DNA of 64,000 bases from Octopus sinensis (taxonomy: Eukaryota): assembly GCF_006345805.1 (NCBI RefSeq), contig NC_043020.1, positions 29,512,001 to 29,576,000 of the forward strand. The letters run 5' to 3'. The notes under the pieces are model-generated. The model did no database searches, had not been told where the DNA came from, and worked only from the letters and a program-made list of their open reading frames with translations. Positions 1 to 12,770 of the stretch are shown here, one piece after another; the stretch's first letter is position 1; every line of letters begins with the position of its first letter. Both the position numbers and the translations under genes were made by a program.

Positions 1-870
1 ATATATAAAGGTTTATTTTTATGTCAAGTTATGATAAAAGCAGTTTTGCATTCAACTGAAGGAGCCCTCAATTTTGTTGAATCCAAATTTATTATTCGTT
101 TACAAAAATAGCGTTGGAAATGACTTGGAAGTTTCTGGTTGCTTAACCTTCATCGGACAGTCCGATGGAAAGGTTAAGTAGACCGGGCTTTCGAAGTCAC
201 TGTCAGAACATTATTTTTGTAAAAGAGTTGCTTATATATGAGTGGACAAAGAAAAGAAAGAGGCACGCAACACATTTGTCAGGAAACCTTATTGGTGTTT
301 AATAACAGTTTGGCTCGGTACCATGCACCCTAAAAGTTTCGTTTGGCGATGTTTCGGTATTAATATATGACGTCAGTTATAAGTGCGTGTGCTTGACTGT
401 TCAACTTTATTGGGCAGATGAAATGATGACATACATACATACTTATGATAGATTCGCTCATCATGAACGACAAATGGGGGAGTCAGTAATATAAAGGGGT
501 TACCATGTTCTGTGGATATGGATGTGTTTCTTGAGGCCTGTTGGTGCCTTGCAAACGTTTTGCGCAAATGGAACAAGTCGAGGACTCAGTTTTCTCGAGT
601 GCTTGTGGATTATTTACGATGTGTTTTCTTGAGTGAACGACAAGGCCTGCTCGGTTTCGGGTCACAAAACCACAACGACAGGTAAGGTTCCCATGCAGAG
701 GTGCAGCATTTTGCCAGCGTGCCCTCATGCTTGCACGAAGTTGGTCCCGATGTTTGTGTGTCTGTGTGTAATGGTTGCAACTCGATTTTGGAGAATGCCA
801 TCATTTGGTTGTTTTCTTAAAACTATGCAGCTAAGAAGAGTCGACCAAGGTGCCTCTTCGTAGTCGCTCG
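1..870 (+). promoter_or_regulatory. Candidate promoter / first-exon region of the RASSF gene
   Basis: SINE-free and visibly richer in CpG than the flanks; perfect CRE palindrome TGACGTCA at 368-375; strong donor CAG|GTAAGG at 681/682. The link to the RASSF gene 18 kb away is inference. Confidence 0.35.
600..681 (+). other. Candidate non-coding 5' exon (start approximate)
   Basis: Ends at consensus donor ACAG|GTAAGG; a second strong donor GCAG|GTAAGA lies at 1367/1368. No transcript evidence. Confidence 0.3.
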
Positions 871-2168
871 TTTTGCTAGAAATAGCAGCTTAATCACCCT
901 CAATTTACAAGGACTTTAGAATATAAAAGTGAAATGAATGCATGTATTTATGTTATGTTTCCAGTTTGTATAACACGGTTTTATATCTTTCTGGTTTAAA
1001 TTATTTCGTCTTAGACATATTTCCCAGGAAGGCCACAAATTAGCCAATATTTCGGTTTCCTCTCACAAACTGAAAATGATGGACATAATGATTTTAGCAA
1101 AGAAAAATTTTTAAAGTTTTTTTTTTTTTTTCGGGAGATTACACGTATAAAAATATGGAGGGTTCATTTTTTTTTGTAAGGGCTTTTTTTTATATTTCAC
1201 GCTGCATTATCGTAAAACTACGGCGCTTAAAACCTAGACAACTGAAGAAATTATAGTTTTGGGCGCACTAGATAAATTCTATTCTTTAGAAACCCCCAAA
1301 GGCGGTCTCCAGTTTGCCTTCGTTTGGATGTTTATTCAAAGCACAAGGCAAATCAAGGTTGTTGCAGGTAAGATATAAGGAAGTTTGCCTCACCTGCCAG
1401 AGCTACTCAAAACGGAAAGCGATAGAAATAGATACAGCAAAGTATTTTGTCCCAACATTATTAGAATTGCGTCAATCCTTCTTCCAAATAAGGCAAGTAC
1501 ATTATTTTATAAACAGACGAAAGACAAAGGTGGAATTTGAACTCTGAACGTAATGATCTAGAACAAAGAGGCTGATATACACACAATTATACACACCTGT
1601 ACATACAAATATGTTCTGTTACTCACCCAAGGGATTGGTTGTCGAAGACCACTTGGAGAAACTTGTAAAATTTAAGACAGCCTTTGTTGTCCAGTCTAAA
1701 TAGTGTCTTCAATTGGACTGTGTTTTAAAAATATAACTTGATTACTACCATTGTTTAGATCCCCTATTAATTACTGGTACCGCTCACAGCTGCTCTGTGT
1801 GTCGTTCATTCTCCAGTCTTTATTTTCGACCAGCTGTTATTTTCATATTGCGCGGAACAATGCTTTCAATAAATACAACATTTCTTTGTCAAAAACTACA
1901 GGAGCCAACCTAATAATACTGCGCTGTCTTTCTTTCGCTTTATTCATTTTATATACACCTCTTATAACTTATCCACTGGCTGCGTATAGAATAGACGATC
2001 ATATAAAAAAAGTATTACTGTTGTTAAAATCGAATGTAAACTGTCTGCTATATCCGTTGAACCACATTATTAGAGAGAAGTCGAGGATTTGCAGAAGTTG
2101 GGAAATAAAACACAGACGAAGTTTGTCAGAGTTTAACATCATTTACAACCCTACTACTCTTTATACAC

Positions 2169-2421
2169 CAGTGGTTTTCAACCAGGGACTACACAGCCCT
2201 TGTTGGGGAGGTCCATATACGATATATATATATTTTTTTTTTTTTTACTTTATGAGCAATAAATTATACTTTACGATGCACCAAATATTTTAACAATCTT
2301 TTGAACTACAATCCCCAATAATATTTGCTAATAAAAATATAAGATTTTTTTAAGCATCACATGGCTGGAGTAAAATGGGAATTAAAGGGGTCCAAAGATA
2401 GCAAATGGTTGAGAAGTCTTT
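2169..2421. mobile_element. hAT/Charlie-type MITE, degenerate
   Basis: Left end CAGTGGTTTTCAACC (typical hAT-Charlie TIR); decayed right end GGTTGAGAAGTC at about 2407-2418 preceded by AAAGGGGTCC. Confidence 0.5.
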
Positions 2422-2835
2422 CTTTATACAATTAGAAGCACCACACAATGTCCTACTTCTAATGTTCTTTGTATAGGTATGTGCACAGTCTCGTTTTACA
2501 CTTCTTTCTATGTAGGCCTGCTCACCACACAATTACATTTACCCTTCTGCTAGTGTGTTCATATAAATAAGGACATGCAATCTTGGTTATTCCTCTGGGG
2601 TTATTCATAAATGTTTGGACATCATGAAATCTCAGATTCCCATCAAATGTTGGAGGTCTCCCTCTTGTGTTGGCTCATTTCGTCCACCTGTTATACTGAG
2701 GCCATCCTGGGGCACTGCCTTGAAAGGCTTAATCGACCGAATCAACCCTGGTACTTATTCAATCAGACTCTTTTGCCCAACTGCACAGGAACATGAACAA
2801 ACCAATACAGGTTGTGAAGCACTTGCAGAGGACAA

Positions 2836-2899
<64 letters not shown>

Positions 2900-3834
2900 G
2901 ACAGGCTTCCTCACAGTTTCCATCTACCAAATTCACTCACAAGGCATTGGTTGTAAATAAGTCAACCAAAGAGAATGGGGAACCACTGCCTGTGTCTTTC
3001 CCAAGAAAAATCATGAATCTTTGAACTTTGACTTTCAGGTCCATAACTACTACCCACACCTGTAAAACAGGTATGGCACCTGAAAAGAGAGAGAGAGAGA
3101 GAGAGAATGGTAATAATTATGTGGCTGAGAGTGCTTTGAATCTGTTCTTGCTTAAACAAGATTATTATGTATATGAAAAGGAATATATTTATGTCCAAAT
3201 TGTTTGCTTATTGTTATCAGTGTTATTGCCAGCAGGTCTTTTGCTACTATCAGTAAAGTGCCTATATATACATATATATACACATATATATATTGTTATA
3301 CATTGTGTTTGTGTTAAGCAACTAAAAACTCATTATCGTTTGTGTCATAATGAGATTTTGATTGAGGTTTTCATTTATGACATTTTCGTATAAGACAGTC
3401 CCAGGCAGTTATTAAAGTGGTTTCTTTATAACAAAGCAATTACATTGTTGGTGGGATTCAACAAATAATTAAAACTCTCATCTAATTGGGTTATATAATT
3501 GTTTGTCAGTTATTTCTCGTTTACATGTCCCTATGTGAAGGTGTGTGACCCAGCGTTAGGGTGTTGGCCTTGTGATCGCAAGATCGTGGTTTCAATTCCC
3601 GAACCAGCAGCACATTGTGTGCTTGAGCAAAGGACCTTGTTTCCTGTTGCTCTGTGACCACTTTTGACACCTGATGTGTGGCACACTGTGCCTCTGTACA
3701 AGCAATATTGATTTGCAGGAAGTGAGCATATGTACTGCACAAACATTTGATTGCTAGAAACAAATCACCTGTGCAGCTTCTTCAGCAAGAGATTCCCAAA
3801 CCCTCATCTGTCATCCATGGCAGGAGAGTCCATC

Positions 3835-3990
3835 ACCATCATTTAATATCCGTTGTCCATGCTGGCAAGGGTTGGATGGTTTGACAGGGGCTGACAAGCT
3901 CAGGAGCTGCACCAGACTCCAGTTCTGATTTGGCAAGGTTTTTACATCTGGATGCCCTTCCTAATACCAACCTCTTTACAGAGTGGCACT
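3835..3990 (-). mobile_element. SINE family C ((GAT)n-tailed, RTE-type 3' end)
   Basis: CATCATTTAATATCCGTTGTCCATGCTGGCA...CTGGATGCCCTTCCTAA, shared with many copies in the window. Confidence 0.75.
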
Positions 3991-4477
3991 GGGCACTTTT
4001 ACGTAGCATATAGATATATGTGTGTGTGTGTGTGTATGTATATATATGTATGTGTGTGTATATATGTATATGTGTGTATGTATATATGTACATATTCATG
4101 TGTATGAATGTGTGTGTATGTATATATATATATATACATACATACACACAGTAATCCCTTGCCATATTACAGTTCCCCTATTGCAGTTTATTATTTAAGC
4201 TTATGTCGATTCCTCCATGGTGTTGTTTTGCATTTATAATAGAACAAATATATACAAATCATAAAAAATAATAATATATATATATATATACAAATATACA
4301 AATCATAAAAAAAAATAAAATATATATATACAAATTATAATTATCTTAAGGAAGCAAGGGTGGGAATGACCTGTCTCCAGCATGCTCCGAGTGGCGATAG
4401 AAATTTTGATAGGATGCTGACCAGATTAATGAATTTTTATCCTTATATTCTATTATGAATTAATAAATAAATATATT

Positions 4478-4701
4478 CTCTCTTTTACTTGTTTCAGTCA
4501 TTTGACTGCGGCCATGCTGGAGCACCACCTTTTTTTTTTTTTTAATCGAGCAACTCGACCCTGGGATTTATTCTTTTATAAGCCTAGTACTTATTCTATC
4601 GGTCTCTTTTTGCCAAACCGCTAAGTAACGGGGACATAAACACACCAGCATCGGTTGTCAAGCGATGTTGGGGGACAAACACAAACACACAAACACACAC
4701 A

Positions 4702-4735
<34 letters not shown>

Positions 4736-4890
4736 ACGGGCTTCTTTTCAGTTTCCATCTACCAAATCCACTCACAAGGCTTTGGTCGGCCCGAGGCTAT
4801 AGTAGAAGACACTTGCCCAAGATGCCACACAGTGGGACTGAACCCGGAACCATGTGGTTGGTAAACAAGCTACTTACCACACAGCCACTC
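4478..4890 (-). mobile_element. SINE family A (tRNA head, CORE-like segment, internal (TA)n), near full length
   Basis: Reverse complement of the GAGTGGCTGTGTGGTAAGTAGC...CTTGGGCAAGTGTCTTCT...GTCAAATGACTGAAACAAGTAAAAGAG consensus seen at 31094 and 56678. Confidence 0.85.
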
Positions 4891-5940
4891 AAAATATACA
4901 GTAACGTTTCTACTTTGCGGGTTTTCGCCTATCGCTGGGGCTTTTGGAACATAACACCCACGATAGTCGAAGGATTACTGTATATGCACACAAACACACA
5001 CAATGGGCTTCTTTCAGTTTCTGTCCACCAAATCCACTCACAAGGCATTGGTTGGCCCAGAGCTATAGTAAAAAAAAAAAACATTTCCCAAAGTACCATG
5101 CAGTGGGACTGAACCCAAGACGACATGGTTGATAAACAAGCTCCTCAACCACACAGCCACAGCTGCACCTTTCTTAATAAAAACTGGACATTCTTTTCCT
5201 TCATATTCCTCACACATTCCTCCCATGGCCTTCTGGTTGAAATACGACTCCTAGTTGACAGTATTACTCATTAGTCAATCACTTTAGTCAGTCTACAAAA
5301 CCTCAACAGTTAAATGTGATTCTAACAACAACAACGACAACAACAACAGGAAGACTGTTGTTTGTTGATGTATGTCATATTTTATGTTTGTTGAGGCTTT
5401 TGTTGTTCGTTTCTGAACAGGCTTTAAATTATGCTGCCATGAATTTCAATTTTATGCATTTATTATTTGTAGATATGTACCCGGGTACTCACCTTGATTG
5501 TGTGCGCCTGTGGGCGTTGACATTTGTAAAACAATTTGTTAAAGAGAAGACTGTCAGGAGAGAAATGAAATAAAATATAATTTGTATGTGGTTTGTTATA
5601 CAAGGTGTAAACTGAATTGGTAAGATCTGGGAAAATTCGTCTTTGTGTGTTTGTGTATGTGTGAGAGAGAGAGAGAGAGATCCTTGCACAGGGGCCATGC
5701 TTATTTCTGTACTGTTCCAGTTTTAGTATGTGTGTTACTGAAACAATATAATTGTGTGTACAAATAATATAACTCAAAGGTGATGTAGAAGAATGAACAG
5801 AGTTGGTATTAGGAAGTAAATGTCCTTATATTTCATGTGTGTGTGTGTGAATGAATATGTGTGTGTGACGTCAACCTAATATATTCCATGTGCACGTCTT
5901 TTTGTTGTTTTGTTATTGTTATTTTTAATGTTCGATTATT

Positions 5941-6119
5941 CGATTAGACTATATATATATTTGACTTGACTAACATATTTATATATATGTATATATATAT
6001 GGTTTGACTAATATATATATATATATATATGTATGTATATATTTGGTTTGACTAATATATATATATATATATATATATTTGGTTGACTAATATATATATA
6101 TTTGTTGTCGATTAGTCAG
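5941..6119. repeat. Minisatellite (GGTTTGACTAA + variable (TA)n) x4
   Basis: ACTAAY at 5969, 6007, 6051 and 6086, separated by TA tracts; CGATTAG at both ends. Confidence 0.85.
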
Positions 6120-7752
6120 AGGAAGAGTAGTGTTGCCATACCCATGACATTTTTGTAGTTCCACTGTGATTGGTGGGTGGAAGAGGAAGAAAGGAAGGAA
6201 TCCCTGAGTCAGTGGTTATGTCATCCAACTCTGAACCTTTTTTAAATGCTTATATTTCGGAGTGGACTCCTTCCTGTCATAGGCAAACGAAAGCAAGGCC
6301 CTGGTGTTCAAATCGACAGAGGAAATCAAACAACGGAAATGTATTCAACTCATCTGATTTCGGGTCTGATTTAGGCACAAAGTCAGCAATATCTGGAGGA
6401 AGAGTTTAGGGTGTTGAGGTCAGTTAAACCGCCCCCCACTACTTACTGGTCCTTTGTTTCATTTTATTAACCCTGGAGGGATAAAAGGCAAAGTTGATCT
6501 CCATGGGATTTGAACTCAGAACATAGAAGTTCGGAACAAATACCACAAAGTATTTTACCCAACACTTTAATACTCCTGCTCCCATCTGCTACTAATACGA
6601 AAGTCTGTTTTAAGGATTAAGGTAAAAACTGATTTCTTTTTATTTTTATTTATTTTTTAATCTGTTATAGCAAGAGTGAAGGTCTGTGGCCCGGTGGTTA
6701 GGGTGCTATACTCACGATCATGAGATCACAGTTTCAGTTCCAGGACAGGGCAGTACATTAGGTTCTTGAGCAAGATACTTCACTTTTCACATTGCTTCAG
6801 TCCACTGAAGCAGCAATAGCTCGAAAGTTAACCCTGCCTTGGACTGGCATCTCCATTCAGATGGGGAGTGTTGTTATCTCAGTCACCATGGAAACCAGGT
6901 TTTCTTTCTGATATTATGAGTCCTGGGGTTCAGATCTGAGTAAAAAAGTAAAACAGGAAACTTAACCATCCAGCTATTTCCTGATCTGAACAATTCTTTT
7001 GATAAGGTTTTTTTGGTACAAGTTTGGCTCTGCTTGGAATTTTTATCCGTGTCTAATTGACCGCTTCGTTATCATTTGTGTATCAGCTGCTGCTTTTGTT
7101 TAACCCCGAGTCAACTCTCTTTTAGCAAATCTATTATCAAAGTGTTCTAAAGATAGCGTTCCTCCCCCTCCACTATCACACACACACACAAAACCAATGT
7201 GTTGTGAGTGAACGACAGAAACCGCGTGGAAGTCCATGTGTGTGTCTTTGTGTCAGTGTCTGTCCTCGCTCTTGCTTGTCAACCAGTGTTGGTTTGTTTC
7301 CATCCCCATAACTCAGCAATTTGGCATGAAACTGATATGAATAAATGCCATGCCTACAAAGTAAGTTCTAACATCAGTTTGCTCAACTAAAAGCCTTCTG
7401 AGGTGGTGCTCCAGCATGGCTGCAATCCAATGACTGAAAACAAGTAAATGGTCAAAAACAAGGTGCCTGTAAGTCCTTCTCAATCAAAAGGGATCGCTGT
7501 CTTGTGAGCTGCATGGTAATCTCACTACTTCTGGGACCAGGAAAAAAGCAGCCAAGTACATTCTGTAAAATGGTTGGCACCAGATTATAGGGACCCTGCT
7601 AAAGGAGGCATTGAAGCATGACCCAATCTTCAGATCCTGTCAAACCATCACATTCATGCCAGCATGGAACATGGACATTAAAAGATAATGATACTTGTGT
7701 GTGTAGGCGCAGGAGTTGCTGTGTGGTGAGGGATTGCTATATATATATATAT

Positions 7753-7963
7753 ATATTTCTTTACTACCCACAAAGGACTAAATATAGAGAGGACAGACAA
7801 ATGGATTAAGTCAATTACATCGACCCCAGTGCGTAACTGATACTTAATTAATCGACCCCGAAAGGATGAAAGGCAAAGTCGACCTCGGCGGAATTTGAAC
7901 TCAGAACGTAACGGCAGACGAAATATGGCTACGCATTTCGCCCGGCGTGCTAACAATTCTGCC
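7753..7963 (-). mobile_element. SINE family B (tRNA head, GCCTTTCATCCTTTCGGGGTCGATAAA central domain)
   Basis: Matches copies at 17688, 22894, 23471 and 27468; B-box GAGTTCAAATTCC on the minus strand. Confidence 0.85.
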
Positions 7964-8312
7964 ATATACACACACTCATACATACTGGGTGACACATGAG
8001 AACGTGGCCTGCGTTCTGGAGCACAGTTGAAGCCATATCATTTCACATGTGCACAGCAATTCAAGATCGATGACAAGAGATAACCAGTGAATTACTGCAC
8101 ATGGCTTGCATCTAAATAGCAGTCAAAATCACACACTGACACCTGCAGACGAACGGCTGGGTGCTTTTTCAGGTGTGTAACTATATTTTTGTGTTTACAC
8201 CATGCTACGGAAACCGGACTACTTTTTCATGCACTACCCTGTAAATATATACCTTCATATCATCCATTGTCCATGCTGGCATGGGTTGATACACACACAA
8301 CATATTTACTAA

Positions 8313-8575
8313 TCATCATCATCATTTAACGTCCACTTTCCATGCTAGCATGGGTTGGACGATTTGACTGAGGTCTGGCAAACCAAACTCCAATCTTGAT
8401 CTGGCAGAGTTTCTACAGCTGGATGCCCTTCCTAATGCCAACCACTCCGAGAGTGTAGTGGGTGCTTTTTATGTGCCACCAGCACGAGGGCCAGTTTGGT
8501 GGTACTGACAACGGCCACGCCCAAATGGTGCTTTTTATGTGCCACCTGCACAGGAGTCAGTCCAGTGGCACTGGC
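8313..8575 (-). mobile_element. SINE family C
   Basis: (CAT)n + TTTAACGTCCACTTTCCATGCTAGCATGGGTTGGACG...CTGGATGCCCTTCCTAATGCCAACCACTCC. Confidence 0.8.
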
Positions 8576-9039
8576 GAATGATATTCTAGTATAATACAAT
8601 CCACACTTTTTGTAGCTAAAACTCAGTGCAGCCGTAGTTATATTCAATGTAAACAAAACATCTTTTTTTCCTTGTTTGCATCCATACATTATATTCAAAA
8701 GTGAAAATGGGTACAATTTTTCACTAGTGTAACTTTTTGCACTTTAGGCTGTAGTCTTTTAAATGAAATAATCACCTTGAAACAATAAGTCAGTGAAACA
8801 ACCACACCGCCAACCATTGTATGTGTTAGCTACGCCCACAATGTTTCATAGCCACAGACAATGGACCGTGTATATTAGTAGTTAGGCATCTCAGGCTTCC
8901 CACTTTCCCTAGCTTCATTTTCACAGATTTATTGTTTGTGGTTTTCTCTCTCTCTCTTTCTTTTCATTTTTCTCCACCACCACCCCTATAGACTATATTG
9001 CTCTCCAATTTTGATTGTAATATTTTTCATTTTTTTCTC

Positions 9040-9230
9040 TGTTTGAGAGGTACAACAGACGTGTGATTATTATGTCACAAGACGAAATCTTGAAGCTGAG
9101 CCAATTGGCAGGAAACCTAAGGTCGGACAATGAAAGAGTGGGTTGGATTTGATATCCATAGCAACTGTTGGTCAGAAAGTCTAATGATGGTTGCTTCTGA
9201 TAGGACCCTAGATAGAGCAAGTGGGTGTTG
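9040..9230 (+). mobile_element. Decayed RTE (Rex3/Expander-like) LINE 3' fragment
   Basis: Translates with breaks to RRNLEAEPIGRKPK...W...IH...WS...MVASDR, paralleling the copy at 55115-55470. Confidence 0.5.
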
Positions 9231-9429
9231 AGAACCCTATTGCCATGAGAACTCTCCCAGGATTAGTGGGCAAAAAAGATGGGCAGATGAATGCCTTTGT
9301 CTTTTCATAGTAAATTTCTCACATTTTGCACCACAAAAATATGGGGTATAAATATTATTCCCGAGGGTGGCAAGCTGATAGGAACTTGGTCAGGCCACTT
9401 AGAATACAGAAGTAAAGAAGTGCTGATCT

Positions 9430-9600
9430 CTCAAAGTAGATGGAATATGTGGAAGAGGGAAACCCAGGAAGACATGGGATGAGGTACTCAAGGATGACCT
9501 CAGGATGTTGAACCTTTTATACGATAAGACAAAGAACTGAAATACCTGGCCCCTTGCAGTACTCAAAAAAAAACCTGTCCTCCACAGTAGCAGTGTTAAG
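9430..9600 (+). mobile_element. RTE LINE 3' fragment
   Basis: In-frame CGRGKPRKTWDEVLKDDLRMLNL from 9448, the GRPRKTW.E.V..D motif of RTE ORF C-termini. Confidence 0.7.
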
Positions 9601-10091
9601 GCCAGTTACCCTGGTGGAGGGGATTGGCCAGCAAGAATCTGGTGCCGGTGCCACTTAAAAGCACCCAGCACACTCTGTAAAGTGGTTGGCATTAGGAAAG
9701 GCATCCAGCCATAGAAATCAAGCCAAATCAGAATGGAGCCTGGTGCAGCTCCCCAGCTTGCCAGTCCTGGTCAAACCGTCCAACCCATGGCAGCATGGGC
9801 AATGGACATTAAATGGTGATGATGATGATGTAGTGTTTGGCAGGTGATGGTGTCTGTGCCAGTTAGAAATTATTTATAAAGTTTGCGAATTTGGATAAAT
9901 TGATTTAGGCACTGGCGTGGCTGTGTGGTTAAGAAGCACAGTTTGCAACAGTGTGGTTTGGGGGTTCAGGCCCACTGCACAGCACCTTGGGCAAGTGTCT
10001 CCTACTACAGCCCTGAAACAACCAATATGTTATGAATGAATTTGGTAGACTGAAACTGTGTGGAAGCCTGTTTGTATATATAATAATTATA

Positions 10092-10224
<133 letters not shown>

Positions 10225-10346
10225 TTTCTATTTGTTTCTTTCATTGTTAAAAAAAAGTTTGTTTTCTATGTTTTTGTTTTTTAAGTTCTCGTTTCTCATT
10301 TTGTTCACGTTTTTTTTTGACATCCTGTACTCATATATGCATATAC

Positions 10347-10381
<35 letters not shown>

Positions 10382-10772
10382 CATATATGTATGTATATGT
10401 GCATATATTTGTATATTATATATATATATATATATATATTCTAGTAAAGTATACACCCTGTACCCAACAGCACGAAAGGAGCAGGTGTTATTACAATAAC
10501 AATGATCTCATGAATATTCATTAAGTATTTGGTGGGGCTTTTCGTACAGGATTTAGGTATGATTAAGTTTTCCCTCATAATCCACCAGGGCATCCCCCTG
10601 CTCACTTTAGCCTTTTCTTTTTTCCTTCTTTTAATCTACAAATCTAGATGCTGGCATCATTGTGTGGATACGAAGCTTGCTTCCCAGTCATGTGGGGGTC
10701 TCGTCCCACAGGCAGCCTTTCACTTTTCCTATTCAAAGGGGTTTTGCAGCACAATATTTACATGCGCTGTCA

Positions 10773-11100
10773 TGCATGGCTCAGTGGTTAGAGCATCGAG
10801 CTTACGATTGTGAGGTTGTGAGTTCAATTCCCGGACCGGGCTGCGTGTTGTGTTCTTGAGCAAGACACTTTATTTCACGTTGCTCCAGTTAACTCAGCTG
10901 TAGAAATGGGTTGCAACATCACTGGTGCCAAGCTGTATCGGCCCCTTTACCTTTCCCTTGGATAACATCGGTGGCGTGGAGAGGGGAGGCCGGTATGCAT
11001 GGGCGACTGCTGGCCTTCCACAAACAACCTTGCCCAGATTTGTACCTCGGAGGGTAACTGTCTAGGTGCAATCCCATGGTCATTCATGACCAAAAGGGGT
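10773..11100 (+). mobile_element. tRNA-derived SINE (additional family)
   Basis: A-box TGGCTCAGTGGTTAG, B-box GAGTTCAATTCC, then CTTGAGCAAGACACTTT...GTTGCTCCAG; related copies at about 6676-6930 (+), 3540-3650 (-) and 54770-54950 (-). Confidence 0.75.
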
Positions 11101-12139
11101 CCCCTCTTCCTCATCACTTATAGCTTTATGTGATGTCCCCTCAAGAGACAATAGTCCCAAAAAGGATTTTATACATATATGTATATATATATTCGTTTAT
11201 CATTTTACTTGTTTCAGCCATTAGACTATGGCCATGCTGGAGCACTACAGACGATCTTACCAATCAGTCTAGCAGTGGAGGTTCTATAGGATGTTGGATA
11301 ACAGCCTGTTTATATCACCCAGCCCTTTTCAGAGTCAGCAGTTATGGAAGATAATACGGTGAGACAGCTATGTGTGTGTGTGTGTGTACATACATGGAGG
11401 ACTTCCTCACAGTTTCCACCTTCCAAATTTACTCACAAGGCATTGATTAGCTTGGGGCCATGGTTGAAGACACTTGCCAAAGGTGTCACACAGCGGGGAA
11501 TGAACCTGAAAATTTTTGTTTTTGCTTTTTGCAGGATCACTTCTCAGGTACTGGGAAGTGATCCCGGTACTGGGCTGGGTTCGTACAATTCATTTGCGAA
11601 AACTGTATGTTCAAGCTATGTACACACACACACATTCGTATTCAAGTCTTCACCACCTGAAGGACAGCAGGTGAGGAGGAACTCTGAGCAAAATCAGAGT
11701 TTCCAAATGCACTCTACTATTAGTATTAAGTGTTTGTTTAACCCAAACACACACACACACACACATATTTATGTACAGTGATACATATCTATGTAACGTA
11801 TATGTGCCTTGAAATTCGAAATGTGGCATTACCCATTGTTAAAGTATTATGTGTGTTTATGGTGTCAGGTTCCACTTCTTGACTTTACTATACAAATCTG
11901 TATATTGTGTGAGTTTACTTATTAGATATGAGTGTATATAAGACACTACAAAACAGTAACCGTCACTATCTCCTGCTTTCCAACATATTAACCTTTTTAT
12001 GCCTTTTTATTACAAAAAAAACTCTTAACATTTCAAACAATGTTTCTCTTATAAAAAGAAAAACGACAAACTTAAAAGTTACGATGAACTCTGAGGAGTC
12101 TTTATAAGTGAACAATATTATGTTGATTCTGTAAGGCCT

Positions 12140-12770
12140 TGAGTTGGCAGAACCAGTAGCATGCCAGGCTATCTTGATGTTCTGAGTTCAAATTCCACCA
12201 AGGTTGACTTTGTTTTTCATCCTTATGGAGGTTAAGTACCTGTCAAGTACTGGAGTCAAACATTATTATTATGTCATTAATAAACATTATTATTTTGTCA
12301 ATAATGAATAATATTATTATGTCAAGGCAGCTACTTAGCAGAATCGTTAGCATGCCAGGCAAAATGCTTAGCAGTATTTCGTCTGCCACTACATTCTGAG
12401 TTCAAATTCCGCCGAGGTCTACTTTACCCTGGGGTTGATAAAATAGGTGCCAGTGAAACACTGGGATTGATGTAATCAACAAGTCCCCCCCCCTGACTAT
12501 ACTTCCGACCTTGTGCCTATAGTAGAAAGGGTTACTATTATGTTGATTCTCTAAGGCAGTGAGTTGGTGGAACTGGTAACATGCTGGGCAAAATGCTTGG
12601 CGGCATTTCATCTAGCTTAATGTTCTGAGTTCAAATTCCACCATGGTCAGCTTTGCCTTTCATCCTTTCAGAGTCAATAAAATAAGAAGCAGTCAAGTTC
12701 CAGGGTCAATGTAATCCACAAGGCCCTTCCCTTGAAATTTCAGGCTTTGTGCTTGTAGCAGAAAGGACTT
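12140..12770 (+). mobile_element. Three tandem SINE family B copies
   Basis: GAGTTGGCAGAA/AGCTACTTAGCAGAA...TTCTGAGTTCAAATTCC...CTTTGCCTTTCATCC repeated at about 12140, 12325 and 12555. Confidence 0.75.

Noticed and set aside
1751-2293. 180-aa ORF
   Set aside because: TTG start, no recognisable domain, and it runs into a hAT MITE and a T-run.
5941-6119. Repeat-spacer pattern resembling a CRISPR array
   Set aside because: Spacers are only (TA)n, the repeat is about 11 bp, the context is eukaryotic, and there are no cas genes.
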